In this document: positions 29,626 to 38,726 of the stretch, in pieces | How the letters are laid out: the number at the start of each line of letters is the position of its first letter | Position numbering within the stretch: position 1 is the first letter of the stretch | Virus record (IMG/VR): IMGVR_UViG_3300032086_003519 | Span: 1 to 64,000 of that record | Source of the DNA: a virus | Direction: 5' to 3' (one strand) | DNA length: 64,000 nt | Notes under the pieces: model-generated | What the model was told of the DNA's origin: nothing | The model's database searches: none | What the model saw: the letters and a program-made list of their open reading frames with translations, nothing else | Made by a program: the position numbers and the translations under genes

Positions 29626-30644
29626 TACTTTTTATAATTCCTTATAACTTTGAAAAACAAGTCATTCCAGTTTTTAGTAAACCTGTCAAGACTATAATTA
29701 TCTTTGATTGTATTCCGTGCATTTTCTCCAAGCCTTCTAGCTTCTTGAGGATTGTCAAGAAGAAATTGACAAGATGCGCGTAGCTCATCTGCGGTATCCG
29801 CAAGTAACCCGTTCTCACCGTGCTGGATTATTTCTGGAATCATACAGTTATTAGTGCTGACGATTGCGCAGCCACAAGCCATTGCTTCCATCAACACTGT
29901 TGGTACAGGTGAATGTATAGATGTGTTTAGAAATATTGACGAGCTTTTGTAGGCATCTCTCAAATCTTCTATACTATCAGCAGGTTCGGAGAAGCCGGGA
30001 CTATTTCCTAAAACCTTAACTGGTAAAGTGCCTTCGTTAGTCTTAATTATTTCATTCCACAAGTTCCAGCCACAACACCAATCTCTGTTAGGCCATTCAT
30101 TTACAACTGAGAGCAAAACGTTTTCACGTTCTAACTCTTCGCCTGTTTGCCAGAAGTCGTAGTCCATACCATGCTCGATAAAGCCGGTAGTTCTTTCTTG
30201 CTTTTTGCCCCAAGCTTTCATATTGTAATCAGAAATAAAACTGTCGTGATCGACAGTAATAGAATTGAAACCCTCAACCTGTTGCTGAACATCAAATCTA
30301 ATGTCCGGCAGTACATGCGTATGCCTAATGATTGGGATGTTATACATTGCTTGTAAGTTCTTGGCAAATTGCAGTCTTTCGCAACTCGTGTGAGAAAGTA
30401 TCAAGTCGAATTGTATGTGCCAAGGTATAATCTTTATCTCTTGGTAGTTTTCTGGTATTTCACCGTAGTCTTCATTCCATAACTTACCTTGAGCTATGGA
30501 ATAAAAGTTGTGACCAGTGCGACACAAATTCTGCTCGTATCTTTCGTGAGTACAAAAGGTTAATATATTTAATTTATCTGTATCTTTCATAGTGGCACGG
30601 CGCACTATGGATTTTATAGAAACTTGATTTGGCTGACTAGCCAT
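29625..30644 (-). CDS. GT4 (GT-B) glycosyltransferase
   Basis: FLNTS..SPVPTVLMEAMACGCAIVST...EII.HGENGLL. Confidence 0.85.
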   Translation of the reverse strand: MASQPNQVSIKSIVRRATMKDTDKLNILTFCTHERYEQNLCRTGHNFYSIAQGKLWNEDYGEIPENYQEIKIIPWHIQFDLILSHTSCERLQFAKNLQAMYNIPIIRHTHVLPDIRFDVQQQVEGFNSITVDHDSFISDYNMKAWGKKQERTTGFIEHGMDYDFWQTGEELERENVLLSVVNEWPNRDWCCGWNLWNEIIKTNEGTLPVKVLGNSPGFSEPADSIEDLRDAYKSSSIFLNTSIHSPVPTVLMEAMACGCAIVSTNNCMIPEIIQHGENGLLADTADELRASCQFLLDNPQEARRLGENARNTIKDNYSLDRFTKNWNDLFFKVIRNYKK

Positions 30645-31743
30645 AAAGCAACTCCTTTAATTGTACTCCAACGTTTGCATTACTATAATTCTGTGCCTTT
30701 AGTTGCGCATCTGCACAAATTAAATCATATTTTTTTCTATCATTTTTGTATGTTTCATATGCAACCCTCATTGCAGATGCCAGATGTTCTATGTTTGGCT
30801 CCATCCATTTGGTATGGGAAGTATACATATAATCCAAAGAATCAGTGGCATTGTAGCAGTTCTTAGCTTCGGAATCCACTTTCCATCCATGACAGAAATC
30901 ATCCATTCCTGTATTGCCAGTGTAGATGACAGGCATACCAATCGCCATAGATTCGAGTGCCGGTATGCACCAAGCCTCACCAAAGCTAGGCATTACAAAA
31001 CAGTGACACTTCGCCATTAAAGACAATAAGTGTCTATCTTCTAGATGTCCAGCAATAGCAATTTCTTTCCTGTAATTGGAGCGTATCTTTAGTCTAGACT
31101 TGACAGAATCAGACAGATTCTTAAATGCTTCAAGTGTAGCGTCGTTAGAAAATCCAGACTTGTTTATTTTCAACATTAAGTTCACGGGTTCTGAAGGATG
31201 AAACTCTGTATGGAAGGCTCTGAGCAAACCTTCAATATTTTTTCTGTTTATCATCTCTCCAACAAAACAGAAGTTAAAGCAACCCTCAAACTCAGTTGCA
31301 TCAGCACAGTCTTCTATATTGCTATACTTTGTCAAGTCAAGTGAGTGAGGAGCAATCTTGATAGGTGCTTTAACACCGCTTTTGTGACAGGCTTCGACCA
31401 TTTGTTGGTTTGGAACCCACACTTCATCCATCATGTTGATATGCTTCTGCCACATTGTCTCTGTAAAAGTCACAGTTTCGGTGACGAAGAATCCAATGTT
31501 TTTGATTTTAGCATTATAACTATAAAGAGGCGGTAATGTGTGATAAATGCAGGCATCACAATCTGATTCGCTCTTAGCTTCTAACTTTGTAATCGTAGGG
31601 TGGATGTCGGCATGAGAGTTGTTGAATGTTATAGCTCTTGGCACTACATCTACTCCAGCAGAGTGCAAGGCTAAAATATTATTTAGTGAAGCGTAACCCC
31701 AGCCAGTTCTATCTTTATAATTACCTATGTAGAGTGTTTTCAT
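30637..31743 (-). CDS. GT4 (GT-B) glycosyltransferase
   Basis: Motifs TGWG.A, RKNIEGLLRAF, FVMPSFGEAWCIPALESMAIG. Confidence 0.85.
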   Translation of the reverse strand: MKTLYIGNYKDRTGWGYASLNNILALHSAGVDVVPRAITFNNSHADIHPTITKLEAKSESDCDACIYHTLPPLYSYNAKIKNIGFFVTETVTFTETMWQKHINMMDEVWVPNQQMVEACHKSGVKAPIKIAPHSLDLTKYSNIEDCADATEFEGCFNFCFVGEMINRKNIEGLLRAFHTEFHPSEPVNLMLKINKSGFSNDATLEAFKNLSDSVKSRLKIRSNYRKEIAIAGHLEDRHLLSLMAKCHCFVMPSFGEAWCIPALESMAIGMPVIYTGNTGMDDFCHGWKVDSEAKNCYNATDSLDYMYTSHTKWMEPNIEHLASAMRVAYETYKNDRKKYDLICADAQLKAQNYSNANVGVQLKELLYG

Positions 31744-33376
31744 TTTGCAACCTTTGTATTCTAATGTTTTCCCATTGGTTATGAATATTCCTCATCTTTG
31801 CCATGTAGTCATACGCCTGTTTTATGTCAAATGGAGTCCAAGATCTAATATCTCCATCAGTGTGTGACTCATTGAAGTAGAAATCTACGTTAGTATTCGC
31901 GACAGTACACTTATACATTAAATCTTTTAGTGTTCTCTTCCACTGGTGGTTTCCTATCCAGTCAGGCTTTCTTAAAACAGAGTCAAATAAGAAATTAACT
32001 TGGTCTTTAACTGTCAACCCGTCTGGTATCTCAGGAGCAGGCTCAAAGAGTCTTGGAGGCGAGTACCAAGTTTCTGACGGGTCTTTTACTGGTGTTGCGT
32101 CAAAGTAGTTCGCCCAGATTTCAGCCGTCTTATCCCAGTTGTATCTGCTTAAAGTTTTTTGCCTCATGCCAAAACCTAGCTGCTTTAGTTGCTCTCTGCG
32201 CATACTGTAAAGTTCAACAAACTTCAAGAAGGCAAAATTGACATCAGGAACTGCTCTTTTGCATCCTGTCTCACATTCAGTCTGTAGTGTTAGAACAGGT
32301 ATCTTAATTGCTCCGATATTGTCACCCACAGAATCCATAGCAGAATACGATACTGTCATGACAGGAAGACCAGATTGGCTCGCTTCTAGCTGAGGCATGC
32401 CAAAACCTTCACTGTTTGCATACTGCACATAAACATCAAAAAGATTGTATATCTTAGCTAGGTCTTCTTCTTCGATTTTATTGTTGACTCCTACTAGCTC
32501 GCTCTTAAACGAGTTGCAAGCTCGACAATGGTTGAAAGTATCCTTATAGAACGAAGGTTCGATGTGACCGCATTGCTTACATTTGTAGGTAAACAAAACC
32601 CTGTTTGTTAGGTCGTATTCCTGTAGCAGATCTGGAATCTCCCATCCAACATCAGGATAATATGTATGGCAATACAGGAAGGCGTTGCTAGCTTTAGTAG
32701 TATCTAAGAATTCTCTAAATGCACGAAATAGGTCTGGGTAAAGTTTGCGCCTTTGGTTACGCATCACAGTCCCAATTATGAATGAGTCTGCTGTCAGTCC
32801 AGCACTTTCTTTATGCCTTTCTTTATTTTGTACAGGTGCAAAACTATTACTAGCACAGGGAGAAGCTACATCTACGAAGTTGAGATTCTTACACTGACCC
32901 AGCAAAACATCTCGACCAAACTCAGAATATGCAAACACTGCGTCTGCGGAAGCGAACGTATCCATCCACTGTTTGTTCTGAGGAAACGCATCTACAGTTG
33001 GCATGATAGCCCAGTTGTAGAACTCTCTATAGGTCGATCTTTGTTGAAACTCAAACATCCACCAATCACGAATATCCATAACAAAGTCAGGCTTGAAGTC
33101 TAGTAACACATGATTGAATGTGTATTCTCCAAATTCGTAAGTCGGTGAAGACTTATACTCACTCCACTCAGGAGAGTTTTTCTCTGGCTGGTTTCCATAG
33201 ATCTTCCAACCTTTGGCATTTTGCTTTACTGAATTGTCAGTAGCATAGCAAGCTAGCTCAGCCACTTCAAAGCGAGGATCTAAGTGCAATCTAGATAGTA
33301 GCTCTTTTGTGTAAACAGAATATCCTGTTGGTAGGTAATGAGCTTCGGTACAAAAAAGTATTTTCTTAGGTCTCAT
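31721..33376 (-). CDS. GT4 (GT-B) glycosyltransferase with a zinc-ribbon insertion
   Basis: Motifs TGY, RNQRRK, EGFGMPQLEA; internal CKQC...CRAC. Confidence 0.85.
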   Translation of the reverse strand: MRPKKILFCTEAHYLPTGYSVYTKELLSRLHLDPRFEVAELACYATDNSVKQNAKGWKIYGNQPEKNSPEWSEYKSSPTYEFGEYTFNHVLLDFKPDFVMDIRDWWMFEFQQRSTYREFYNWAIMPTVDAFPQNKQWMDTFASADAVFAYSEFGRDVLLGQCKNLNFVDVASPCASNSFAPVQNKERHKESAGLTADSFIIGTVMRNQRRKLYPDLFRAFREFLDTTKASNAFLYCHTYYPDVGWEIPDLLQEYDLTNRVLFTYKCKQCGHIEPSFYKDTFNHCRACNSFKSELVGVNNKIEEEDLAKIYNLFDVYVQYANSEGFGMPQLEASQSGLPVMTVSYSAMDSVGDNIGAIKIPVLTLQTECETGCKRAVPDVNFAFLKFVELYSMRREQLKQLGFGMRQKTLSRYNWDKTAEIWANYFDATPVKDPSETWYSPPRLFEPAPEIPDGLTVKDQVNFLFDSVLRKPDWIGNHQWKRTLKDLMYKCTVANTNVDFYFNESHTDGDIRSWTPFDIKQAYDYMAKMRNIHNQWENIRIQRLQNENTLHR

Positions 33377-33848
33377 ATCTTTGTATTTTTCCAACTCCAG
33401 AATAGAATAGATTATAATATTCTTTTTTACTTAAGGTTAACATGTCGCAGATTTCTTTCCTATTGAAACCTTGTGACTTCATTTCTAGAATAAAAGATTC
33501 AGCGGGCAAAAGTCTATTCGCACAAGATACTAGTATATTCTTGAAGTCATTGACATACGACTTATCATCATAACTAACAGTCACCGTAGAGTTGGTAACA
33601 TTGTTGTTTTGCCATCTCAATTCTTTTCTCAAGAATCTATTAAGATGATTCTTTACGCAAGAAAAGACATAAGGTCTCAGAGGTCCGATGTCAGGATCAA
33701 AGCTACTAACGGCTTTGAAATACCCAACAAAAGCTACCTGCAATAAATCTTCAAACTCAAAAGATTTGGCATGACCTCCAAATTGAACTACTAACGAAAT
33801 TATAATATCAAAGTTTTCGTCTATAGCTGGAGGGTCACTGTGTGTCAT
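33366..33848 (-). CDS. phage-encoded sigma-70-family (ECF-sized) sigma factor
   Basis: Region 2 (EDLLQVAFVGYFKAVSSFDP) and a region 4-like HTH (GFNRKEICDML). Start set at MTHSD. Confidence 0.75.
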   Translation of the reverse strand: MTHSDPPAIDENFDIIISLVVQFGGHAKSFEFEDLLQVAFVGYFKAVSSFDPDIGPLRPYVFSCVKNHLNRFLRKELRWQNNNVTNSTVTVSYDDKSYVNDFKNILVSCANRLLPAESFILEMKSQGFNRKEICDMLTLSKKEYYNLFYSGVGKIQRYET

Positions 33849-34173
33849 TAGGTTCTCTGTCCTTAAAGACTCTAAAATTTTGAACTCTGAAGGCAACCTT
33901 CTGTTTTGGTTGACCGTTTGAATCATTCCATTTTTCCTGTCTAGCTACAGCATTTACGGCGATCATATCACCTTTGCTGCATAATTTATGTATAGTAAGA
34001 GCTCCACTATCCCAAGCGGAAAAGTCAAAAAAGTCAACACGCTTTACTTTGTTTCCGTTCTTATCTTTTCTATGCTCCTCGATTGCTAGCGAAAATGTTG
34101 CTAGCTTTGTGGTGCCAACATCTTTTATAATAGGGTCTGCTGTTAGCCTGCCCACGAATGTACAATTATTCAT
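33835..34173 (-). CDS. ssb: single-stranded DNA-binding protein
   Basis: MNN..FVGRLTADP...FSLA...DFF...AW...KGD. Lacks the acidic DDIPF tail. Confidence 0.9.
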   Translation of the reverse strand: MNNCTFVGRLTADPIIKDVGTTKLATFSLAIEEHRKDKNGNKVKRVDFFDFSAWDSGALTIHKLCSKGDMIAVNAVARQEKWNDSNGQPKQKVAFRVQNFRVFKDREPNDTQ

Positions 34174-34209
34174 TATAATACTCCAAATATATTATATTTT
34201 AACTATAAA

Positions 34210-35772
34210 CTAAGCTTGAGACACTTTGTTTATAATCAAACTTGTATCTTTTTTCTTAGAAACCTGTGCCATAACGATCACTGTGTTGCCTTCGTACAGC
34301 AACTGTTTGTTTTCTTCATACGCATCTGGAAAAACTATCGCTGAATCCAAGCACGCTGTAGAATCTTCAACGGATAAAAATGCCATGATCTGTCCGGGAT
34401 TTTTACCGTTCTTAGTTTTGTATTCACGTAAAGCATTTATATGAACAGCAAGGTTAACATTTCCAGTCTTGCCCTGAGCTATCTCTTTGCAGGTCGTATT
34501 GACCAAAGAGCTTTGGACCGCATCCGTCTTTGAGTAGCTTAGCGACGTACCTAAGTATTTAATTTCTAAGTCTGCAATCTGCTCTGGATGATCTACAAGT
34601 TCAAACGGTGGTGATTCTACCACATTTCTAAGATCAAAAACTTTTACGAGCCTACGAGAGGTAATCTTGAGATTATTTATCATATTATCTAAAGACTGGA
34701 CAAAGTTGTGACTTGAGTCGTAGTTTTCTTGAAGCCAAGTTCTCTCTCTGGCAGACAGGTCTTTGTAGCTTTTATATTCGTAGAGCATCTGGTTTCTATG
34801 CATACGGTTCTTAGTTCCATTAAAAGCACCAACATTTATCAGAGACTCCATTGATGTCTTATTGATTCTTGCACCTAAGTTAAACAATACGTCAGACCAA
34901 GTAAATTCAGTAAATGGTTTTTCGAGACTTTCTTCAAGCTCGGGTATTGCATCCAACAATTTGACAGTTTCAGAACTACCAACACCCTTCACGTTGTTGA
35001 CACCAAAATATATCTTGTCTTCAGATATAGTGAAGTTGTTAAAGAACTTGCCCAGTCTTGGCGGCATTACTTCAATATCGTAAAGTTTGGCATCTGATAC
35101 TAGTTCTCGAACTTCTGTTTGAGGGTCAGGCTTTCTGTCTGCGTGTCCGAGATAAGCCTCAAAGAACTCAATCTTGCGATGCACTTTACAATACGCACTT
35201 CTGTAAGCATTAACGGCATATGATACGGCATGAGACTTATTGAAAGCATACCTGTTTGACTTCTCAATCCAGCTAAAGATTTCCTCCGCAGTCTCTTTCT
35301 CTAGACCTCCAACAGAAATAGCACCGTCAATAAAAGATCCTTTGATCTGATTCATAAGGTCAGCTTTTTTCTTTCCGATAGCTTTACGAAGACTGTCCGC
35401 CTCTTTGAGGTCAAAGCCCGCCAGTTGCTGAGCAATCTTCATAGACTGCTCCTGATAAACAAGAACTCCGTAAGTTTCTTTTAGAATCGGCTCAAGACTG
35501 TCATGTAAATACTTAACCTCATCAATGCCAGCCTTACGGTCAACGTAGTGCTGGGTCATTGACTTACCTTCAGTAAAAGCTTTCAAACATCCGGGCCTAA
35601 TTAGAGAGATTAGCGCAGCCAACTCTTCTATACTTCGAGGACGAACTCTTTTCGCCCAAGATCTGCCTAGCTGTGACTCTAGCTGAAAGACACCCTTTGT
35701 CTGCCCTTCGCAAATTAAATCCCAAACACCAGAGTCATTATAGTTGTCAATATTAAACGTAGAATTCTCCAT
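34210..35772 (-). CDS. dnaE: DNA polymerase III alpha subunit, C-terminal half (fingers/HhH/OB)
   Basis: Motifs GVFQLES, LIRPG, ETYGVLVYQEQ, LRKAIGKK, YAFNKSHA, VKGVG, and the OB fold TKNG..MAF..ED. Confidence 0.9.
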   Translation of the reverse strand: MENSTFNIDNYNDSGVWDLICEGQTKGVFQLESQLGRSWAKRVRPRSIEELAALISLIRPGCLKAFTEGKSMTQHYVDRKAGIDEVKYLHDSLEPILKETYGVLVYQEQSMKIAQQLAGFDLKEADSLRKAIGKKKADLMNQIKGSFIDGAISVGGLEKETAEEIFSWIEKSNRYAFNKSHAVSYAVNAYRSAYCKVHRKIEFFEAYLGHADRKPDPQTEVRELVSDAKLYDIEVMPPRLGKFFNNFTISEDKIYFGVNNVKGVGSSETVKLLDAIPELEESLEKPFTEFTWSDVLFNLGARINKTSMESLINVGAFNGTKNRMHRNQMLYEYKSYKDLSARERTWLQENYDSSHNFVQSLDNMINNLKITSRRLVKVFDLRNVVESPPFELVDHPEQIADLEIKYLGTSLSYSKTDAVQSSLVNTTCKEIAQGKTGNVNLAVHINALREYKTKNGKNPGQIMAFLSVEDSTACLDSAIVFPDAYEENKQLLYEGNTVIVMAQVSKKKDTSLIINKVSQA

Positions 35773-36442
35773 TCGCAAACGCCTTTTCAAATTTAGTCTT
35801 CTGTGAAATGTTCCGCTGGAACTTCAAAAATTTAATCAATATATTAGCTGTGTCCTTCACATCCTGCAAGGCATCGTGAGCGTTTTGTTTGCTCTCTTCT
35901 GGAAAGCCCATATACTCACGCAAGAAGTCCATACTAAGACTCTTAAAGTCTTTGTTGTTCTCAGTCCAAGAGAAAACGATGTCCATCAAGTCTAACTTAA
36001 AGATAGGATTGAATACAGTCTGACGACCTCTAGCATCGGTTGTGCCGTGCATATCACACATACGCTGAACAATCGGAAGGTCAAACCCAATGATGTTGTA
36101 GCCAGCTGCGATAGGGGCAGTATAAGAGCTTTTCTTAAAGTTAAATTGCATACAGAAATCTTCAAACTTCTTCCATACAGTCTTTGGTAGCGGAGCTTTT
36201 GCTAGCGCTTCTCTGGTCTTGCCGGTAATCTTCAGCGCCTCTTCTTCGACTGGATCAAAGCCAGCCTCAATCGCTTTCTTATCATCAAGAATAGGGCGAA
36301 TCTCACTATTGAAAATACCATTAGGTTGGATGGTTAGTTTTCTCCCATGCAAAGCAATAGCCGCAATTTGTGTCGGCTGTGTCTTGTGAGGATTCCTAGA
36401 TCCTGTTTCAAAGTCAAATACAATTATGTCTCTATAATTCAT
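35753..36442 (-). CDS. DnaQ-like DEDDh 3'-5' exonuclease
   Basis: ExoI DFETG, ExoII GYN..GFD, ExoIII HDALQD. Confidence 0.85.
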   Translation of the reverse strand: MNYRDIIVFDFETGSRNPHKTQPTQIAAIALHGRKLTIQPNGIFNSEIRPILDDKKAIEAGFDPVEEEALKITGKTREALAKAPLPKTVWKKFEDFCMQFNFKKSSYTAPIAAGYNIIGFDLPIVQRMCDMHGTTDARGRQTVFNPIFKLDLMDIVFSWTENNKDFKSLSMDFLREYMGFPEESKQNAHDALQDVKDTANILIKFLKFQRNISQKTKFEKAFANGEFYV

Positions 36443-36666
36443 CTAACAACACCTTTCAGTTCAAGAAATTTATCAACTGCATCATCAATACTATAAAATA
36501 ATTTACTGTACATCTTCTTTTTATTATCCGAGTGTACTTGGTAAACTCCGTTAGCTCTTCCACGATACTGAGGCAGAAAGTGTCTCAAGTCGCAAAGACT
36601 AACATTTCTATACTCAATAGCGCAACCAGAAAAAACAACAGACTTGTAATCTTCTTTAGTGCTCAT
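36439..36666 (-). CDS. hypothetical protein (75 aa)
   Basis: Overlaps both neighbours; lies between the two dnaE halves. Confidence 0.6.
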   Translation of the reverse strand: MSTKEDYKSVVFSGCAIEYRNVSLCDLRHFLPQYRGRANGVYQVHSDNKKKMYSKLFYSIDDAVDKFLELKGVVR

Positions 36667-38236
36667 CTTTAATCTCCATAATTTTACTTAATAGGTCAAT
36701 GCCTAGAATATCAAACTTAACGTGACCTTGATCCTCAAGATCTCCCATTTCAAAACCAGCGACAAGATTCTTGTTTCTGTCTTGAACCATCGGGCAAACC
36801 TCTCTCAGTTTATTAGCAGAAATAATGACTCCTGCGGCATGCTTGCCCTGTGACTTAATTGTACCTTCAATGTCAATAGCTTGCTCAAAGATTTCCGCTA
36901 AAGGTCCGATTAAATCTCCTTCTTGATTTACCTTGCACCACTTAACTAAGTCGCTAGGTTGGTAGAGTAGTGTCCATCTAATGAGAGACTTTTCTCCACT
37001 TTCTTCAATCAAGTCAGACACATCTGCTTCATTAGGAATATTCTTTGTTATATCATTCATCTCGGCAAAGGACACGGCGTTCGTGATGCGCATGATTTCT
37101 TTCAGCGCAGCTCGCCCTTGCAGTTTGTTAAATGTTAGCATCTGGGAGACATTATCCTCGCCGTATTTCGACTTAATATATGCGATAACATCATCTCGCT
37201 TTTCCGCTGGAACATCAACATCAATATCAGGCAAAGATACGTGATCTTCAGTATTACGTCCTGCATTGTAGAATCTTTCAAAGATCAAGTCATACTCAAT
37301 AGGATCAATCTCTGTGATACCGATTAAATATGAGATCAAACATCCGGCAGCAGACCCTCGTCCGGGTCCCGGCAACCAGCCTTGTTCTCTAACATAGTTT
37401 ACAATATCTTGAACAATCAAGAAATAACCAGACAGATCTGCTTCAAAAATAACATCCATCTCGTTCTTGATTCTATCGAGATATTCCTGCTTTACATCCT
37501 CATCGTCAACCTTGCCCGTCTCGGCAAGCAAAGTTCGCCAGCCATCTCTACATAACTGTTTCAGGTATTCATCTTCATCATACCCTTCTGGACAATCGAA
37601 TTTAGGCAGCATTGGTTTACCAAGAACATTATATTCTTCGCATTGTGCTGCAATGTCAGCAACTTTATCTATCAGATCACTATCATAGGCTGATTGAACT
37701 TCATTTGGCGACAACATATAATACTTGTCAGAGTCAAAGAAGCCTTTGAGTTTTTTGAACCCATCCTGTTTTAGCCTCTCTTTTGACTTAGCCATTGTAG
37801 TCTTCATTGCAGAACACAGGAGTATTCTATGCAGCTCCGCATCTTTTGTTTCAGCATAATAACTAGGCTGTTGCTTTAGCTCATCAATGCAAATCAAATT
37901 TTCACTGTGAGATTTTAGTAGCTTGTAAACAACGTCATCACTATACGAGTTTTTCTTAGAAACTAAGTCGATCAGGTCAAACCAACCAGCTTTGTTTTTA
38001 GCCAAGAGAGTAGTTGGCTTATGGCTTTCAAATTCAAATGTACAGCCAATGATAGGCTTAATGTTATTCTTCTTGCAAGTTTTGTAAAAGGCTACAGCGC
38101 CAGAGATAGTATTTATATCAGTGATAGCGCAAGATTTGTAGCCAAACTCTTTGCATTTAGCTACGAGCTGTTCTGGTTTAGAATAACCTCTCTGTAAGCT
38201 AAAGTGCGTCTTATTGTTCAGCGGAATCCAATTCAT
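36656..38236 (-). CDS. dnaE: DNA polymerase III alpha subunit, N-terminal half (degenerate PHP + palm/thumb)
   Basis: Motifs THFSL, AITD, KPIIG, YFLIV.D, GPGRGSAAG, FERF, PDIDVD, HAAGV, KFDILG. Confidence 0.9.
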   Translation of the reverse strand: MNWIPLNNKTHFSLQRGYSKPEQLVAKCKEFGYKSCAITDINTISGAVAFYKTCKKNNIKPIIGCTFEFESHKPTTLLAKNKAGWFDLIDLVSKKNSYSDDVVYKLLKSHSENLICIDELKQQPSYYAETKDAELHRILLCSAMKTTMAKSKERLKQDGFKKLKGFFDSDKYYMLSPNEVQSAYDSDLIDKVADIAAQCEEYNVLGKPMLPKFDCPEGYDEDEYLKQLCRDGWRTLLAETGKVDDEDVKQEYLDRIKNEMDVIFEADLSGYFLIVQDIVNYVREQGWLPGPGRGSAAGCLISYLIGITEIDPIEYDLIFERFYNAGRNTEDHVSLPDIDVDVPAEKRDDVIAYIKSKYGEDNVSQMLTFNKLQGRAALKEIMRITNAVSFAEMNDITKNIPNEADVSDLIEESGEKSLIRWTLLYQPSDLVKWCKVNQEGDLIGPLAEIFEQAIDIEGTIKSQGKHAAGVIISANKLREVCPMVQDRNKNLVAGFEMGDLEDQGHVKFDILGIDLLSKIMEIKDEH

Positions 38237-38726
38237 TACAGTCCTCAAATTTATTCAATTCTGAAATAGCAACATTATGACAATCTGCTCGAACTATAAA
38301 GCCATTAGATGGATCTTTCTGGCCTTTTGTAAGTTTGCGAGCTTTCTTAAAGTAATCATCGTGAGTCAACCAACCTAAGACCCACGCCCTTCCCCATCTT
38401 CTATTTTTATTTTCAATTCTAACAAAAACATATCTATCACACTTCTGCTTTGTGTTAAAGTTAGCAACTGAACAATCATAGTAAGGTTTAGGTGGAGAAG
38501 TACACCGTTTTGTTTTTACGTCGTACTTGATTCCGTCCTGTGAAACCAAGTCGTAATCGTAGGTGTTATTAATTGTACCACCTATAACAACATTTGCAAC
38601 CTCTTCTCCTAAAAACCCAGCAATATTTCCATCGCCCTTCATGATGGAGTTCTTGATGACTCCCATCTCTCTGGACTTTGCCCATGCTCGCTTCTTCATA
38701 TCTTCTGTAATTTTTACTTCAATCAT
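38211..38726 (-). CDS. hypothetical protein, possible PD-(D/E)XK nuclease fold
   Basis: G.LGE...YDYD...YDVKTK. Confidence 0.45.
   Translation of the reverse strand: MIEVKITEDMKKRAWAKSREMGVIKNSIMKGDGNIAGFLGEEVANVVIGGTINNTYDYDLVSQDGIKYDVKTKRCTSPPKPYYDCSVANFNTKQKCDRYVFVRIENKNRRWGRAWVLGWLTHDDYFKKARKLTKGQKDPSNGFIVRADCHNVAISELNKFEDCNELDSAEQ

Noticed and set aside
35753-35820. Programmed frameshift fusing the exonuclease to the DnaE C-half
   Set aside because: The frames overlap for only a short stretch and no canonical slippery heptamer is evident. An ATG at 35772 explains the overlap as ordinary translational coupling.
34210-38236. dnaE as a pseudogene or split-intein gene
   Set aside because: Both halves are long, intact and keep their catalytic motifs. 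No intein motifs are visible at the split ends.
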